A stretch of DNA of 63,084 nt from a bacterium (GCA_049472335.1 JBLIRO010000023.1:1-63084); one strand, 5' to 3'; positions 18,069 through 27,814 are shown, counted from the stretch's first letter. Numbers and translations: made by a program. The notes: generated from the letters alone by a model not told the origin.

Positions 18069-21000
18069 ATGTGGGCAACAAAAGAAAAAATATTTAGTTT
18101 TTTGGTTATAGTTTTATGTATGGGTATTTTATTCAGCCCGGCCCGGGGGGATTGTGTGACTCTGACCGGTAATATACTCAAAACCAATAATGATGAGCTC
18201 GAAAACGCACTTGTCTTCATTTATGATTTTGAGATTGCAAAAAATCAGGGACTTCAGGGAACCGGAGCTAATATAGGTATTGTAGCAACATCCGTTGACA
18301 ATAATAACCTTGTTGCACTTGCTCAATCAAGGAAAAATATCGTTCTGGATGAAAAGATATACCCCCTGGACAGAGAATACCTGCTCTTGATTTCTACTTT
18401 AAAAATGATAAAGGATTTTAATTACCCAAGTTTTTTTATAGGCGCCACCAGTGCTGCGAATTACTCAAAACCTTCAACCTATGTAAGACAAACAAGATGG
18501 TGGGACGTGGAGACCCTTCCGAGGGTTAAGTTTACATCGGGCACCTTTAATTTGGGAACCGTTATAGCGCCTACGGGGGCTTTTTTCCGCGGTACAATAA
18601 AGGACAATACCGGTTATTTGAAGGATGTGGGTATAGAATTATATTATGATTCGAATGGGACGCCTGCCCAGATCCCATTCCCTTTTACCCGTTTCGTCAG
18701 AACCTCTGAACCGGATGCCAGCAATCTCAATTTTCAAATCGGCGGCGTTTTAACCACAACCTCATACTATGTAAGATTGATTGGAAACAATAAGGGATAT
18801 ATCGACACTTTTCTTATGGAGAGCGCAGATCCCAACAAACCCAGGAAGTTCACTTTAACGGGAAATTACAACAATCCCCCGTACATACTCACCAAAAAGG
18901 GAGCCACAATCTGGGGATACATAAAGGATAATAACAATAACTCTGTTAAGAAACTCATGACGATTCAAGGACTATCAGATAACGAAGATGAACCGTATCC
19001 GCTTTATTATGTTCATGATCCGAATTATGCCAGGTTCAATTTGTTGACGGATGCGGAGAAATATATTTACAGGGTTGAGCCTTATTACTATAACTACAAC
19101 TCTGACGGTAAGTATGAGCTAAAAGGACTGCCCTATGAAGATCATGATTATTATTTGAGCGCCATCGAAATGGCGTTGGAGGGTTCTAATAAGATCTATG
19201 CCACACCCGTATGGTATGATGGAAATGATAATGGTACCTTCGATGTCAATAAGGCGCGAAAAATAAGCCTTTCCGGGGCTTCGGCTTCGGTCAGGGTGGA
19301 CTTTCGCCTGAATTCCGGAGCATGCGTAAGAGGCTATATAGACCTCGAGGAGGAGATAAGTGATGGCGCCAGGGCAGTTTTAGAAAATCTTGTTTCTGAC
19401 CCGAATATTTTTGATTCGAATAAGGTCACTCTGGTGATAGAGGCTTTTCAGGTGGGCCGGGAAGGGACCCTATCTCAAATACCATTGGGAGCGACTCAAA
19501 ATACAGGGATCGGTTCTTATAATCTTTGCGGAGTCCCTCCCGGAGATTATGTATTAAGAAGCTATGGCCTGAACGGATTTTATCCTCCTGAATTTTATGA
19601 TAACCAGACTACATATTTTACCGGAGAGATAATCAGTCTGGATTTTGGAAGTGAAGAGATAAATAAGAATATAGATCTGTCTTTGGGAGGTATGATTGAA
19701 GGCCGGGTAACGGATTCGGGCGGCAACGCCATATCAGACGCCTCCGTTTTAGTCAATCAGGTTAACCTGGGAAATCCATTGGTTGGATACTTTTTTATAA
19801 ATAGTGAAGGGGCATTTTTGGCGCAATATACAAGAAAAACAGATTCAAATGGAAGATTTTATTTTTGGGGACTTCCCGAAGGATTATATACAATCTTTGT
19901 AAATGGTATTTTAGAGGGTGGAGGACCCGGGTATTTGCCTCAATTTTACACCCTTGACAGTACTCACACAATGACTGCAAATCAGACGTCCCCGATCTTT
20001 ATCACGGACAATAATCCCGATTTTCAAACCCTTAATGACTTTCAGCTCCTGGAAAGCGGCGAGGAGTCAGGCGGTATAATCTCCGGTAATATTTCATTGG
20101 CTTCGGGTGTTTCCAGCCTGGTTACTCTTTCTTCCACTGCTTGTTTCATCAGACTTTTCAAGAAGGATACAGGAGTAGAAATTTCCAATCCTTTGTACTG
20201 GTTTGGTGAGCTGGCCGGCAATCTGCTTCCTTATCGTATAATGGTTCCATACGATGGAGATTATTTTATTTCTGTTCAGGATATCGGATTAAAACTCTTG
20301 CCTCATTATTATCGTGCAGGGGGGGCAACCGTAAATCTCAATGAAGCGAGTGTATTGACGATTTCCCTAACTGCTAACTCATTAACAAATAAGGATATTG
20401 TCCTTAGCAAAAAATCGGGTACCATATCCGGAGAAGTACTGGACCTTTCTACTAATAAAGGGATTGCAGGCATGATTGTATACGCGAGCCAGGAAGTAAA
20501 TGAAGGATCTGAGTTGGGCACTTGGAGGAGCATCAGGCAGGCGGAAACTGATTCGAATGGCAAATTTACATTAAAAGGCCTGTATAAGGGAACCTATATC
20601 TTCTCCGTCACCGATCCTATTTCTCTTTATGCCTCCAGGTATTATAATACAACCGGCGATCCTTATGTATCTCAAGACGCGTATGAATGGAATTACGATC
20701 CTGATAGCTCAGGTACTCCCCCTTATATTACTTTTAACGTTCAAAAAGGCGGCAGGATTTCAGGAAGTGTGGGCAGTCAGTTTGCAGGAACAAAGGTTTA
20801 TACCTACCGGGTAAAACAAGGAATCCCGGTTGCCGGATTTTCAGTCAATGCTGATCCAAATTTCAGCTTTACCGGATTGATACCTGGCGAATATATCCTC
20901 GGTTTTAAAGATCCTAATCTCAATTATATACCAGAGTACTATTCACAAAGCGGTTTTACAACGGATTTTGATCTGGATAACCCTGATCACCATATCACAG

Positions 21001-21986
21001 TAAGTATAAATACTACAACATGGGTGAGTGAAATGAACTTCACACAACTCGGGGCGAGGGTGGAAGGTCAGATAATGCAGGAGACCGGTACAAGCCCTGA
21101 GCCCATGCTTAATACTTATATTTTTCTCTATCATTTATCAGATAAGAAGGAATTATGGGCTACTACCCCAGCGCAGTTCACTGCCACCGATTCAAATGGC
21201 AATTATTCTTTGAAGGGGCTTTCAGAAGGAAATTACAAAATCATAGCCTTCGGACCTCAATATCGCCCGATCTCGAAGTATATAACTATCGTGGAATCCG
21301 ATTTGGGGTCCGTCAAGGTATTGGATCTAACTTTCCCGGTGGGCTGGCTAAACGAGAAATACGACAAGACGTTAACATTGGAAAAGGGCCTTAATCTTAT
21401 AGCTTATCCTACCCGTATTCCTCCATATGTTACCGGATATACCGCTTTATCTTTCCTTAAGGATATCGTAATGGTGAACACTCGTGAGCCCATGACCTTG
21501 AAAACCATTTCCCCTTATGATCAGAAATGGAAAAGCGCTACTTTCGGTAATACTGAATTGGAAGGTTTACAGATTACAGATGTCCACGGAAGTAATTATT
21601 CCATCTCCAATGGACAGGGATTTTTGCTTTACTCGGAAGAGGGACCAACAATCAACTTTCGCTACTTTCCCGGACAAACCAGTCTATGGCTTAAAAAAGG
21701 CATTAACCTGGTTGGCAATGTGGCCTTTAATACTGACCTGACTGATTTAGACGAGACAGATTTTAGCTCGGATGCGAATTTCACTACCAGAAAGATGCTC
21801 GCAAAAATGGGCGAAGATTCCTCCGTTTCCATTCAGACCTTTGAAGCAAAGAAAGGCAAATGGCAGGCAACATATTGGATGTGGGGAAAGGCTGCCGGTA
21901 AAGATACAAAGGTCGAGGATGAACTGGGTTATGTTGTAACCATGAAAGAGGATGTGGATAATTGGTACCCAGCCAATAACAATTGA
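18069..21986 (+). CDS. Large secreted protein with multiple carboxypeptidase-regulatory-like (prealbumin-fold) domains
   Basis: Signal peptide; repeated GxIxGxV...TDSNGxF/Y.L.GL..G.Y...Y.PE[FY]Y modules; C-terminal duplicated L.KG[LI]NL[IV] segments. Confidence 0.85.
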   Translation: MWATKEKIFSFLVIVLCMGILFSPARGDCVTLTGNILKTNNDELENALVFIYDFEIAKNQGLQGTGANIGIVATSVDNNNLVALAQSRKNIVLDEKIYPLDREYLLLISTLKMIKDFNYPSFFIGATSAANYSKPSTYVRQTRWWDVETLPRVKFTSGTFNLGTVIAPTGAFFRGTIKDNTGYLKDVGIELYYDSNGTPAQIPFPFTRFVRTSEPDASNLNFQIGGVLTTTSYYVRLIGNNKGYIDTFLMESADPNKPRKFTLTGNYNNPPYILTKKGATIWGYIKDNNNNSVKKLMTIQGLSDNEDEPYPLYYVHDPNYARFNLLTDAEKYIYRVEPYYYNYNSDGKYELKGLPYEDHDYYLSAIEMALEGSNKIYATPVWYDGNDNGTFDVNKARKISLSGASASVRVDFRLNSGACVRGYIDLEEEISDGARAVLENLVSDPNIFDSNKVTLVIEAFQVGREGTLSQIPLGATQNTGIGSYNLCGVPPGDYVLRSYGLNGFYPPEFYDNQTTYFTGEIISLDFGSEEINKNIDLSLGGMIEGRVTDSGGNAISDASVLVNQVNLGNPLVGYFFINSEGAFLAQYTRKTDSNGRFYFWGLPEGLYTIFVNGILEGGGPGYLPQFYTLDSTHTMTANQTSPIFITDNNPDFQTLNDFQLLESGEESGGIISGNISLASGVSSLVTLSSTACFIRLFKKDTGVEISNPLYWFGELAGNLLPYRIMVPYDGDYFISVQDIGLKLLPHYYRAGGATVNLNEASVLTISLTANSLTNKDIVLSKKSGTISGEVLDLSTNKGIAGMIVYASQEVNEGSELGTWRSIRQAETDSNGKFTLKGLYKGTYIFSVTDPISLYASRYYNTTGDPYVSQDAYEWNYDPDSSGTPPYITFNVQKGGRISGSVGSQFAGTKVYTYRVKQGIPVAGFSVNADPNFSFTGLIPGEYILGFKDPNLNYIPEYYSQSGFTTDFDLDNPDHHITVSINTTTWVSEMNFTQLGARVEGQIMQETGTSPEPMLNTYIFLYHLSDKKELWATTPAQFTATDSNGNYSLKGLSEGNYKIIAFGPQYRPISKYITIVESDLGSVKVLDLTFPVGWLNEKYDKTLTLEKGLNLIAYPTRIPPYVTGYTALSFLKDIVMVNTREPMTLKTISPYDQKWKSATFGNTELEGLQITDVHGSNYSISNGQGFLLYSEEGPTINFRYFPGQTSLWLKKGINLVGNVAFNTDLTDLDETDFSSDANFTTRKMLAKMGEDSSVSIQTFEAKKGKWQATYWMWGKAAGKDTKVEDELGYVVTMKEDVDNWYPANNN

Positions 21987-22956
21987 TAAAAAAGAGGCGG
22001 ACAGGAAAAGAATAAACAGGAAGGGGACTATCCTCTATGGCCTTATTGCGCTTTCCATCTTAATACTTTTGGTTTGCTGCAGGTCGAGGGATGGCTTTAG
22101 CCCCGACCGGGCCATGGAACATCTTGTCTCTCTTGTGGAAATGGGGCCCCATACCTCAGGATCTGAAAACATCAAACTGGTCCAGGCCTATATCAAAGAT
22201 AACATTACAAAGGCCGGACTCCGGATAAAAGAGGATCGTTTCACGGCGAGCACTCCCCTTGGTATGAAAGAGATGGTTAATATTATAGCTTTTCGTCCAG
22301 GTAAGGTCCGGGAGATTATTGCGATAGGGGCCCATTACGAAACCAAATTTTTTTCCGACTTCAACTTCGTAGGAGCGAATGACAACTCTTCCGGCACAGG
22401 CCTGTTACTTGAACTGGCACGCGTGATTTCTTCTATTCAAGATCCTTCTCTCGAATTCACATACTGGTTTATCTTTCTGGATGGGGAAGAGGCATTCTTA
22501 AAATGGACAGAATCGGATTCCCTCTACGGAAGCAGACACCTTGTACAAAAATTGCGGGAAAGCGGGGAGATCTATAATATCAAGGCATTCATCCTTCTGG
22601 ATATGATTGGTGACAGGGATTTAAATCTATGTATGGAATCCAATTCTTCAGCCTGGCTGACAAAGATCATATGGGAGACGGCAAAAGAAATGGATTATGA
22701 AAAGATCTTCCTCGATAAGAAAACCATGATAACAGATGATCACATCCCCTTTTTAAATGCCGGAGTTTCTTCCATAGACCTTATTGACTTTACTTATGGG
22801 GGAAACAGTTCACCCGGACTTTATTGGCATACTCCGCATGATACCCTGGATAAGGTGTCCAAGGAAAGCCTGGAGATTGTAGGAAAGGTTGTTCTGAAGA
22901 GTCTGCCTGCTATCGAAGAGTTTTTGATGCCCATCGGCAATCAAAATATGAATTAA
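21952..22956 (+). CDS. M28-fold, animal-type glutaminyl-peptide cyclotransferase-like protein, probable lipoprotein
   Basis: GAHYETK, FVGAND, FLDGEEAFLKWTESDSLYGSRHL, LLDMIGD, DDHIPFL, WHT; hydrophobic stretch ending LLVCC. Confidence 0.85.
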   Translation: MWIIGTQPITIDKKEADRKRINRKGTILYGLIALSILILLVCCRSRDGFSPDRAMEHLVSLVEMGPHTSGSENIKLVQAYIKDNITKAGLRIKEDRFTASTPLGMKEMVNIIAFRPGKVREIIAIGAHYETKFFSDFNFVGANDNSSGTGLLLELARVISSIQDPSLEFTYWFIFLDGEEAFLKWTESDSLYGSRHLVQKLRESGEIYNIKAFILLDMIGDRDLNLCMESNSSAWLTKIIWETAKEMDYEKIFLDKKTMITDDHIPFLNAGVSSIDLIDFTYGGNSSPGLYWHTPHDTLDKVSKESLEIVGKVVLKSLPAIEEFLMPIGNQNMN

Positions 22957-23002
22957 GCTAAATGTTTTTGAGTTAAACCCGGATCTTAAATAATTTGTGA
23001 GT

Positions 23003-23043
23003 AAAAAAAGCGGGTGAGATTCAATAAATCTCACCCGCTTTTT
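23003..23043. terminator. Bidirectional intrinsic terminator
   Basis: AAAAAAAGCGGGTGAGATT-CAATA-AATCTCACCCGCTTTTT between convergent genes. Confidence 0.9.
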
Positions 23044-23062
23044 AATTTTCTAAGATTCAGTT

Positions 23063-24445
23063 TTATAACGGAAGTCCCAGTCCGAGACCGGTAGCAAATA
23101 ATCCGATACTTAGAGGATCAAAAGCGCCAAGTCCTGTCAGGCCGCCACCAAGGCCAAATGGGTTGAAGCCACCAAGGCCCAAACCTCCTATACCAAGGCC
23201 TACCCCGCCTAGCGCACCGAGTCCGCCAAGGGGTGGAATTGCAGCAACACTGCCAAGGGACGGAATCCCGGTAAGAGCGGTAATGGGATTGATCCCGCCG
23301 AGAAGGCCACCAATCATCCCTCCATATGGCATACCAAAGTTCTGCTGGCCATACATCCCTCCATATGGCATACCAAAGTTCTGCTGGCCATAGTAACCTT
23401 GACCGTAGTATCCCTGGCCTTGACCGTAGTATCCCTGGCCTTGACCGTAGTATCCCTGGCCTTGACCGTAGTATCCTTGACCATAGTATCCTTGGCCATA
23501 GTATCCCTGACCATAGCGGCCCTGGCCGTAATAACCACCATAAGGTTGACCATAGTAACCTTGGCCGTAATAGCCTTGGCCATAATAGCCGCCTTGGCCA
23601 TAATAGCCGCCTTGGCCGTAGTAACCACCCGGATAATTCACAGGATAGCCAGTGTAGCTATAAGGACTGCCATAATAGCCGCCATAATAACCAGTATAAG
23701 GGTAACCACCGGTGTATGGATATTGACCGTATTGGGCGTAATATGCTTCATATTGAGCAAGATAAGAAGATCTCAGGTAAAGGGTGTCATCAGAGGTATT
23801 GACGACAGGCGCGCCTCCCAGGCTGTCCCAGTCGGCATCGGAAAGGCTGTCATAGTCCCCGAAATCCTGAGAGTCATCGTGGTCATCTCCGCCGGGTGAA
23901 CTCTCGAATTTGTATTCCTTTATCTTGAGTTTATCTGTAGTTGATGTGGAGCTGGCGACCAGGGTGACAGTGATTTTCTCTATCTCACTACCTTCCCAAG
24001 TGTATTCAGCCCAATCGCTATCTTCAAACGCGGCGTTGAGGAAAAGAACCGTAAAGGGCGGCATCTCTATATCCCCGTCATCGTCCGGACCGATTTCATC
24101 ATAGGATGACCTATTGGAAGCATAGGCATCGTCTCCGAGATAATAGATAAAGGTATCATCATCCTCTACTTCATATTCTCCTTCGTCTTCATCCGCCGCA
24201 AGAATGATTTCCACATCCTCTGTACCGGTTCCCTTGACAGCCTTAATATCAAATTTTATCTCGAAATAAGCTGTTGCCAGATATTCCATAGAAAAGTACT
24301 CATACTCGCTTTCAACTTCAATATCATGGTCTGCAGCAATAGTTACATAAGTTTGTGCCTCTGTTTTTGGCGCAAAACCAAAACTTGACACGAATGCAAG
24401 GCAAATTGCAATAATAATTACATTCAAAAACCATTTATTTTTCAT
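23063..24445 (-). CDS. Secreted low-complexity protein: acidic domain + (G)YYGQ repeats + Gly/Leu-rich tail
   Basis: Signal peptide ending TEA-Q, SD GGGAGGA, terminator downstream, sigma54 promoter upstream. Confidence 0.85.
   Translation of the reverse strand: MKNKWFLNVIIIAICLAFVSSFGFAPKTEAQTYVTIAADHDIEVESEYEYFSMEYLATAYFEIKFDIKAVKGTGTEDVEIILAADEDEGEYEVEDDDTFIYYLGDDAYASNRSSYDEIGPDDDGDIEMPPFTVLFLNAAFEDSDWAEYTWEGSEIEKITVTLVASSTSTTDKLKIKEYKFESSPGGDDHDDSQDFGDYDSLSDADWDSLGGAPVVNTSDDTLYLRSSYLAQYEAYYAQYGQYPYTGGYPYTGYYGGYYGSPYSYTGYPVNYPGGYYGQGGYYGQGGYYGQGYYGQGYYGQPYGGYYGQGRYGQGYYGQGYYGQGYYGQGQGYYGQGQGYYGQGQGYYGQGYYGQQNFGMPYGGMYGQQNFGMPYGGMIGGLLGGINPITALTGIPSLGSVAAIPPLGGLGALGGVGLGIGGLGLGGFNPFGLGGGLTGLGAFDPLSIGLFATGLGLGLPL
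23318..23630. repeat. Coding tandem repeats (15/18/21-bp GYYGQ, GGYYGQ, GQGYYGQ; 39-bp YGQQNFGMPYGGM x2)
   Basis: CCTTGACCGTAGTATCCCTGG repeated in tandem; ATCCCTCCATATGGCATACCAAAGTTCTGCTGGCCATA x2. Confidence 0.93.
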
Positions 24446-24718
24446 TAATAAATCCTCCCTTTATTTGTCCTTCCACCAACAAGGCTTCAGATAAAATGAT
24501 TTTTAGCCCCATACTAACCTCTCTACATATATTCACCTCCCTTTAAAGATCAACTCCTTTTTTGATTTAACAAATTTACCAACTCAAAATACAAAATATA
24601 AGACAGATTTTTTACTATATACTTACGAACCCCCCATTTTTGCACATTCTGTTTGAAAAAGTATAAAAAAAACAAAAAATTTATTTAATAAAAATACAAA
24701 AATACTATATTTTCATTC

Positions 24719-24734
24719 TGCAATATTTGTGCCA
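24719..24734 (-). promoter_or_regulatory. sigma54 promoter (perfect consensus) for the GYYGQ protein
   Basis: Minus strand TGGCACAAATATTGCA = TGGCAC-N5-TTGCA. Confidence 0.8.
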
Positions 24735-24966
24735 TTAAAGTTATACAAAACAATATATTATCACAAAAAAAAAGTAAAAGGGCAATATCATTGTTAATGT
24801 TTGACTATTATTGCTCTGATCATATTGTATTTTTATATATTTTTACCTTTTCGGCAGAACAGGTGATTGATAGATTTTGGGCCCAGTATGAATATTCTTT
24901 CATTATTTTGATATGTTTATTGTTAATATTATTAAATTTATTGCATTAACCAATATGTAATATTTT

Positions 24967-25872
24967 TCATATACTGTATTGTCTTTCAGGATCAGGACAG
25001 GTTGAAACAATAAACCTTTCAAGGGAATCGGTCCAAAATTCAACCTTCTTTCCTGTTACTGCTTTATATTTAGATTTGTTTAAAACGGAAAACATAGGCC
25101 TTGGAGCAGGGCGCTTGAAGTTTTCTGTTTTCACGGGACGAATATTCTCTATTTTTAATCTGTCATCCCTCCTTTTCGCTATCTCTATGGCTTTAAGTGC
25201 AAGTTCATACCATGAGCAGCTCCCTTCCCCTGAAAAATGATAGAGTCCGAAGGTTTCTGATTTGAGTAAATGATAAACGGCTTCGGCCAGGTCCTGGCAG
25301 GAAGTAGGAGAACCTTTTTGATCTGAGACAATATCCAGGTCCTTTTTTTCTGCTGCAAGCCGCAGGATTGTGGAGATAAAATTAGGACCATGATGACCAT
25401 ACAGCCATGATGTTCTGATGATATAAAAACGATTATACCCATCCCTTTGTGAGATGATGTTTCTTTCACCGGCCAATTTGGATTTGCCATAGACAGATAA
25501 TGGGTTCGGAGGGTCAGTCTCTACATAGGGGCTCCTCTTGGTTCCATCGAACACATAGTCTGTGCTGAAGTGGACAAGCACGGCCCCCTCTTTTGCGCAT
25601 AGATCAATAATCCCTGTAAGGGCTTCCCCGTTTACTCGAAATGCCTCTTCCTGATTCGTCTCCGCATCATCGACCTTTGTGTAGGCGGCGCAGTTACAAA
25701 AGATATCAGGCTTCCATTCCGAGAACAGTTTTTCCAGCCAGTTTATATTACAGATATCCCCGTCCTTCAGGTCGAACCCCCTTACCTGGTATCCCTTTGA
25801 ATGGAGATAGGGGCCGATTACATGGCCCAGCATTCCCTGGGATCCGGAAAGCAAGACCTTTGGTTTAATCAT
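24967..25872 (-). CDS. rfbD: dTDP-4-dehydrorhamnose reductase
   Basis: GSQGMLG, NCAAYTKVDDAE, HFSTDYVFDG, YGKSKLAGE, RTSWLYG, RPAPRP. Confidence 0.96.
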   Translation of the reverse strand: MIKPKVLLSGSQGMLGHVIGPYLHSKGYQVRGFDLKDGDICNINWLEKLFSEWKPDIFCNCAAYTKVDDAETNQEEAFRVNGEALTGIIDLCAKEGAVLVHFSTDYVFDGTKRSPYVETDPPNPLSVYGKSKLAGERNIISQRDGYNRFYIIRTSWLYGHHGPNFISTILRLAAEKKDLDIVSDQKGSPTSCQDLAEAVYHLLKSETFGLYHFSGEGSCSWYELALKAIEIAKRRDDRLKIENIRPVKTENFKRPAPRPMFSVLNKSKYKAVTGKKVEFWTDSLERFIVSTCPDPERQYSI

Positions 25873-25940
25873 ACATTTTCCTCACTTTATTCATCTCAAA
25901 AATCCCTATCGCATAAACGGGGACAGGCTCGAAAAATCAC

Positions 25941-26648
25941 TTATGATTCTTCCAAATCAAGCAGCCGGTCTGTAGTGTAAACCTGCTCAAAAAAAGCCTT
26001 CATCTTATTAAGATCCTTTTTGCCGGGCTCTATTTCAACACCACTGCTCGTGTCTACGGCAAATGGCCTTACCCGCATTATTGCCTGTCTGACGTTTTGT
26101 GAGTTTATACCCCCGGAGAGTATTATGGGCTCAAGTCCGGATTCAGATGCCTCCCGGGCCAGGCGCCAGTCAAATGTCTGTCCTGTCCCCCCGGCTTTAT
26201 CAGGAACGAAGGTGTCGAGGAGAAAAGCGGTTTTTTGGGATAGATTGTCATATTCCTTTAAGCATGAAAGAGAGTCATGATTTTTTATGCGAAATGCCTT
26301 AATAAAGTTTAATCCTAAAGCCTGGCAGTACTCCGGAGACTCCCGGCCGTGCAGTTGTATGACATGAAATCCGCATAGATGGGCGACCCCCCTGATCCAT
26401 TCAGGATCTTGATCTTTAAACACGCCCACATTTGTTATAAACGGAGGTACACAGGCTGTTATGCCGGCCACAACCTCGGGCTCAACAAGTCTGGGGCTTT
26501 CTTTTGCGAATATGAATCCCAAGGCATCCGCGCCCAGCCGGACTGCCTCAAGTGCGTCATTCAGGCTGGTAAGGCCGCATATCTTAATCCTGGTCCTCTG
26601 ATAGAATAGATTATTGTTTCCGGTTCTTAGTGTGTTATGTGATATCAA
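25941..26648 (-). CDS. trpF: Phosphoribosylanthranilate isomerase
   Basis: IKICGLT, GADALGFIF, SPR, QLHG.ES, GGTGQTFDW, VDTSSGVE; start uncertain. Confidence 0.96.
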   Translation of the reverse strand: MISHNTLRTGNNNLFYQRTRIKICGLTSLNDALEAVRLGADALGFIFAKESPRLVEPEVVAGITACVPPFITNVGVFKDQDPEWIRGVAHLCGFHVIQLHGRESPEYCQALGLNFIKAFRIKNHDSLSCLKEYDNLSQKTAFLLDTFVPDKAGGTGQTFDWRLAREASESGLEPIILSGGINSQNVRQAIMRVRPFAVDTSSGVEIEPGKKDLNKMKAFFEQVYTTDRLLDLEES

Positions 26649-26682
26649 ATTACACCTTATTTCCGAGAAATACAGGGTAAGT

Positions 26683-26835
26683 GTAACCTCTCAAAATCCT
26701 GGTGGGATCTTGAGAAGAACTGCAAAATGCAAATTGCAAATTTTAAAATGCAAGACAATGTATTCCTTAAATTTTCATTTTTCATTTTGCAATTTTCATT
26801 GATCTCTTTCAAACCAAGCTGTTTTAAGCAGTTAC
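26683..26835. repeat. Intergenic element with GTAAC...GTTAC ends and AAATGCA/TTTTCAT heptamer arms, copy 1
   Basis: Highly similar to 34322-34482 (CTCAAAATCC.GGTG..ATCTTGAGAA...AAATTTTAAAATGCAA.A.AATGTATTCCTTAAATTTTCATTTTTCATTTTGCAATTT). Confidence 0.88.
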
Positions 26836-26989
26836 GTGAAAGTTGCCTATGTCTCTGATTTATATATTTATGACCGATTCGACTGTCTGGTCTAGCGAAT
26901 CGCCTGACAGGTCGAATTTTACAGGTTGTTTTTTTCTGAAAAATTCTAAAAACATCCTTGATAAGATCGTAAAAAAGTCATTGAAGGAG

Positions 26990-27814
26990 TCATTGGCATT
27001 CATTATTAATAATGGGTAATCGTGTGAGTTGACCCATCAATGCTCCCAGATCTGGGCTGGTTACCAATGCCTCCCCCACAAGAATGCTTCTAATCCCCAA
27101 GGAACAAAGCCGTTTAGCCTCTTCTACCCCGTTGATCCCGCTCTCACTGACAACGAGGCGGTCTTTTGGAATAAAGGGGATCAGCCGTGCAGTTGTTTCT
27201 ATGTTCACATGGAAAGTAGAAAGATCACGATTATTTATACCTATGATTTTCGTCCCCGATTTTATGGTTCTGGGAATCTCTTCTTCAGAATGAACCTCAA
27301 CCAGGGAGTACATTTCGAGTTCATCACCGAGTTTCACAAGCCCCAAGAGGTCCTGCTCTGAAAGCAAAGCTGCAATGAGCAGTATGGCATCTGCCCCGAA
27401 TGCCCTTGCTTCATATACCTGGTATGGATGAATGATAAAGTCCTTCCTGAGTATCGGGATGGTACAGGCAAGCCTTGCTTTTATCAGGTCCTCTATTGAG
27501 CCATGGAAATAGTCTTCTTCAGTAAGAACTGAAATGGCTGAAGCTCCAAGATCCTGGTAAGATCTGGCCTGGTATGCAGGGTCCATATCCAGTTTTATAG
27601 CACCTTTGGAAGGTGAGGCACGTTTTATCTCCGCAATTAATGAAAGATGACGGTTTTTGCTCAGCGCCCTGTAAAAATCATACGGGGGCGGAGCTTTTTT
27701 TGCCTTTTCCTTGATCTTGTGAAGACTTGAATCTTCAGAGACCTTACATTCAACTTTTCTTCTTTTCGATTGGACAATCCTGTTCAGGAAGGAATTTTTT
27801 TCTGCCATAGTCAA
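26990..27814 (-). CDS. trpC: Indole-3-glycerol phosphate synthase
   Basis: LIAEIKRASPSKG, AISVLTE, LRKDF, GADAILLI, GINNRDL, SESGI. Confidence 0.98.
   Translation of the reverse strand: MTMAEKNSFLNRIVQSKRRKVECKVSEDSSLHKIKEKAKKAPPPYDFYRALSKNRHLSLIAEIKRASPSKGAIKLDMDPAYQARSYQDLGASAISVLTEEDYFHGSIEDLIKARLACTIPILRKDFIIHPYQVYEARAFGADAILLIAALLSEQDLLGLVKLGDELEMYSLVEVHSEEEIPRTIKSGTKIIGINNRDLSTFHVNIETTARLIPFIPKDRLVVSESGINGVEEAKRLCSLGIRSILVGEALVTSPDLGALMGQLTRLPIINNECQ

Noticed and set aside
23163..23899. Repetitive ORFs on other frames (SIPGLDR, TVVSLAL, ARDTTVK repeats)
   Set aside because: Frame shadows of the GYYGQ coding repeats; they lack RBS and signal peptide
26614..26802. Near-identical small ORFs 26614..26802 and 34283..34474 as a duplicated gene
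   Set aside because: Similarity is confined to the palindromic repeat element; starts and stops differ and there is no RBS
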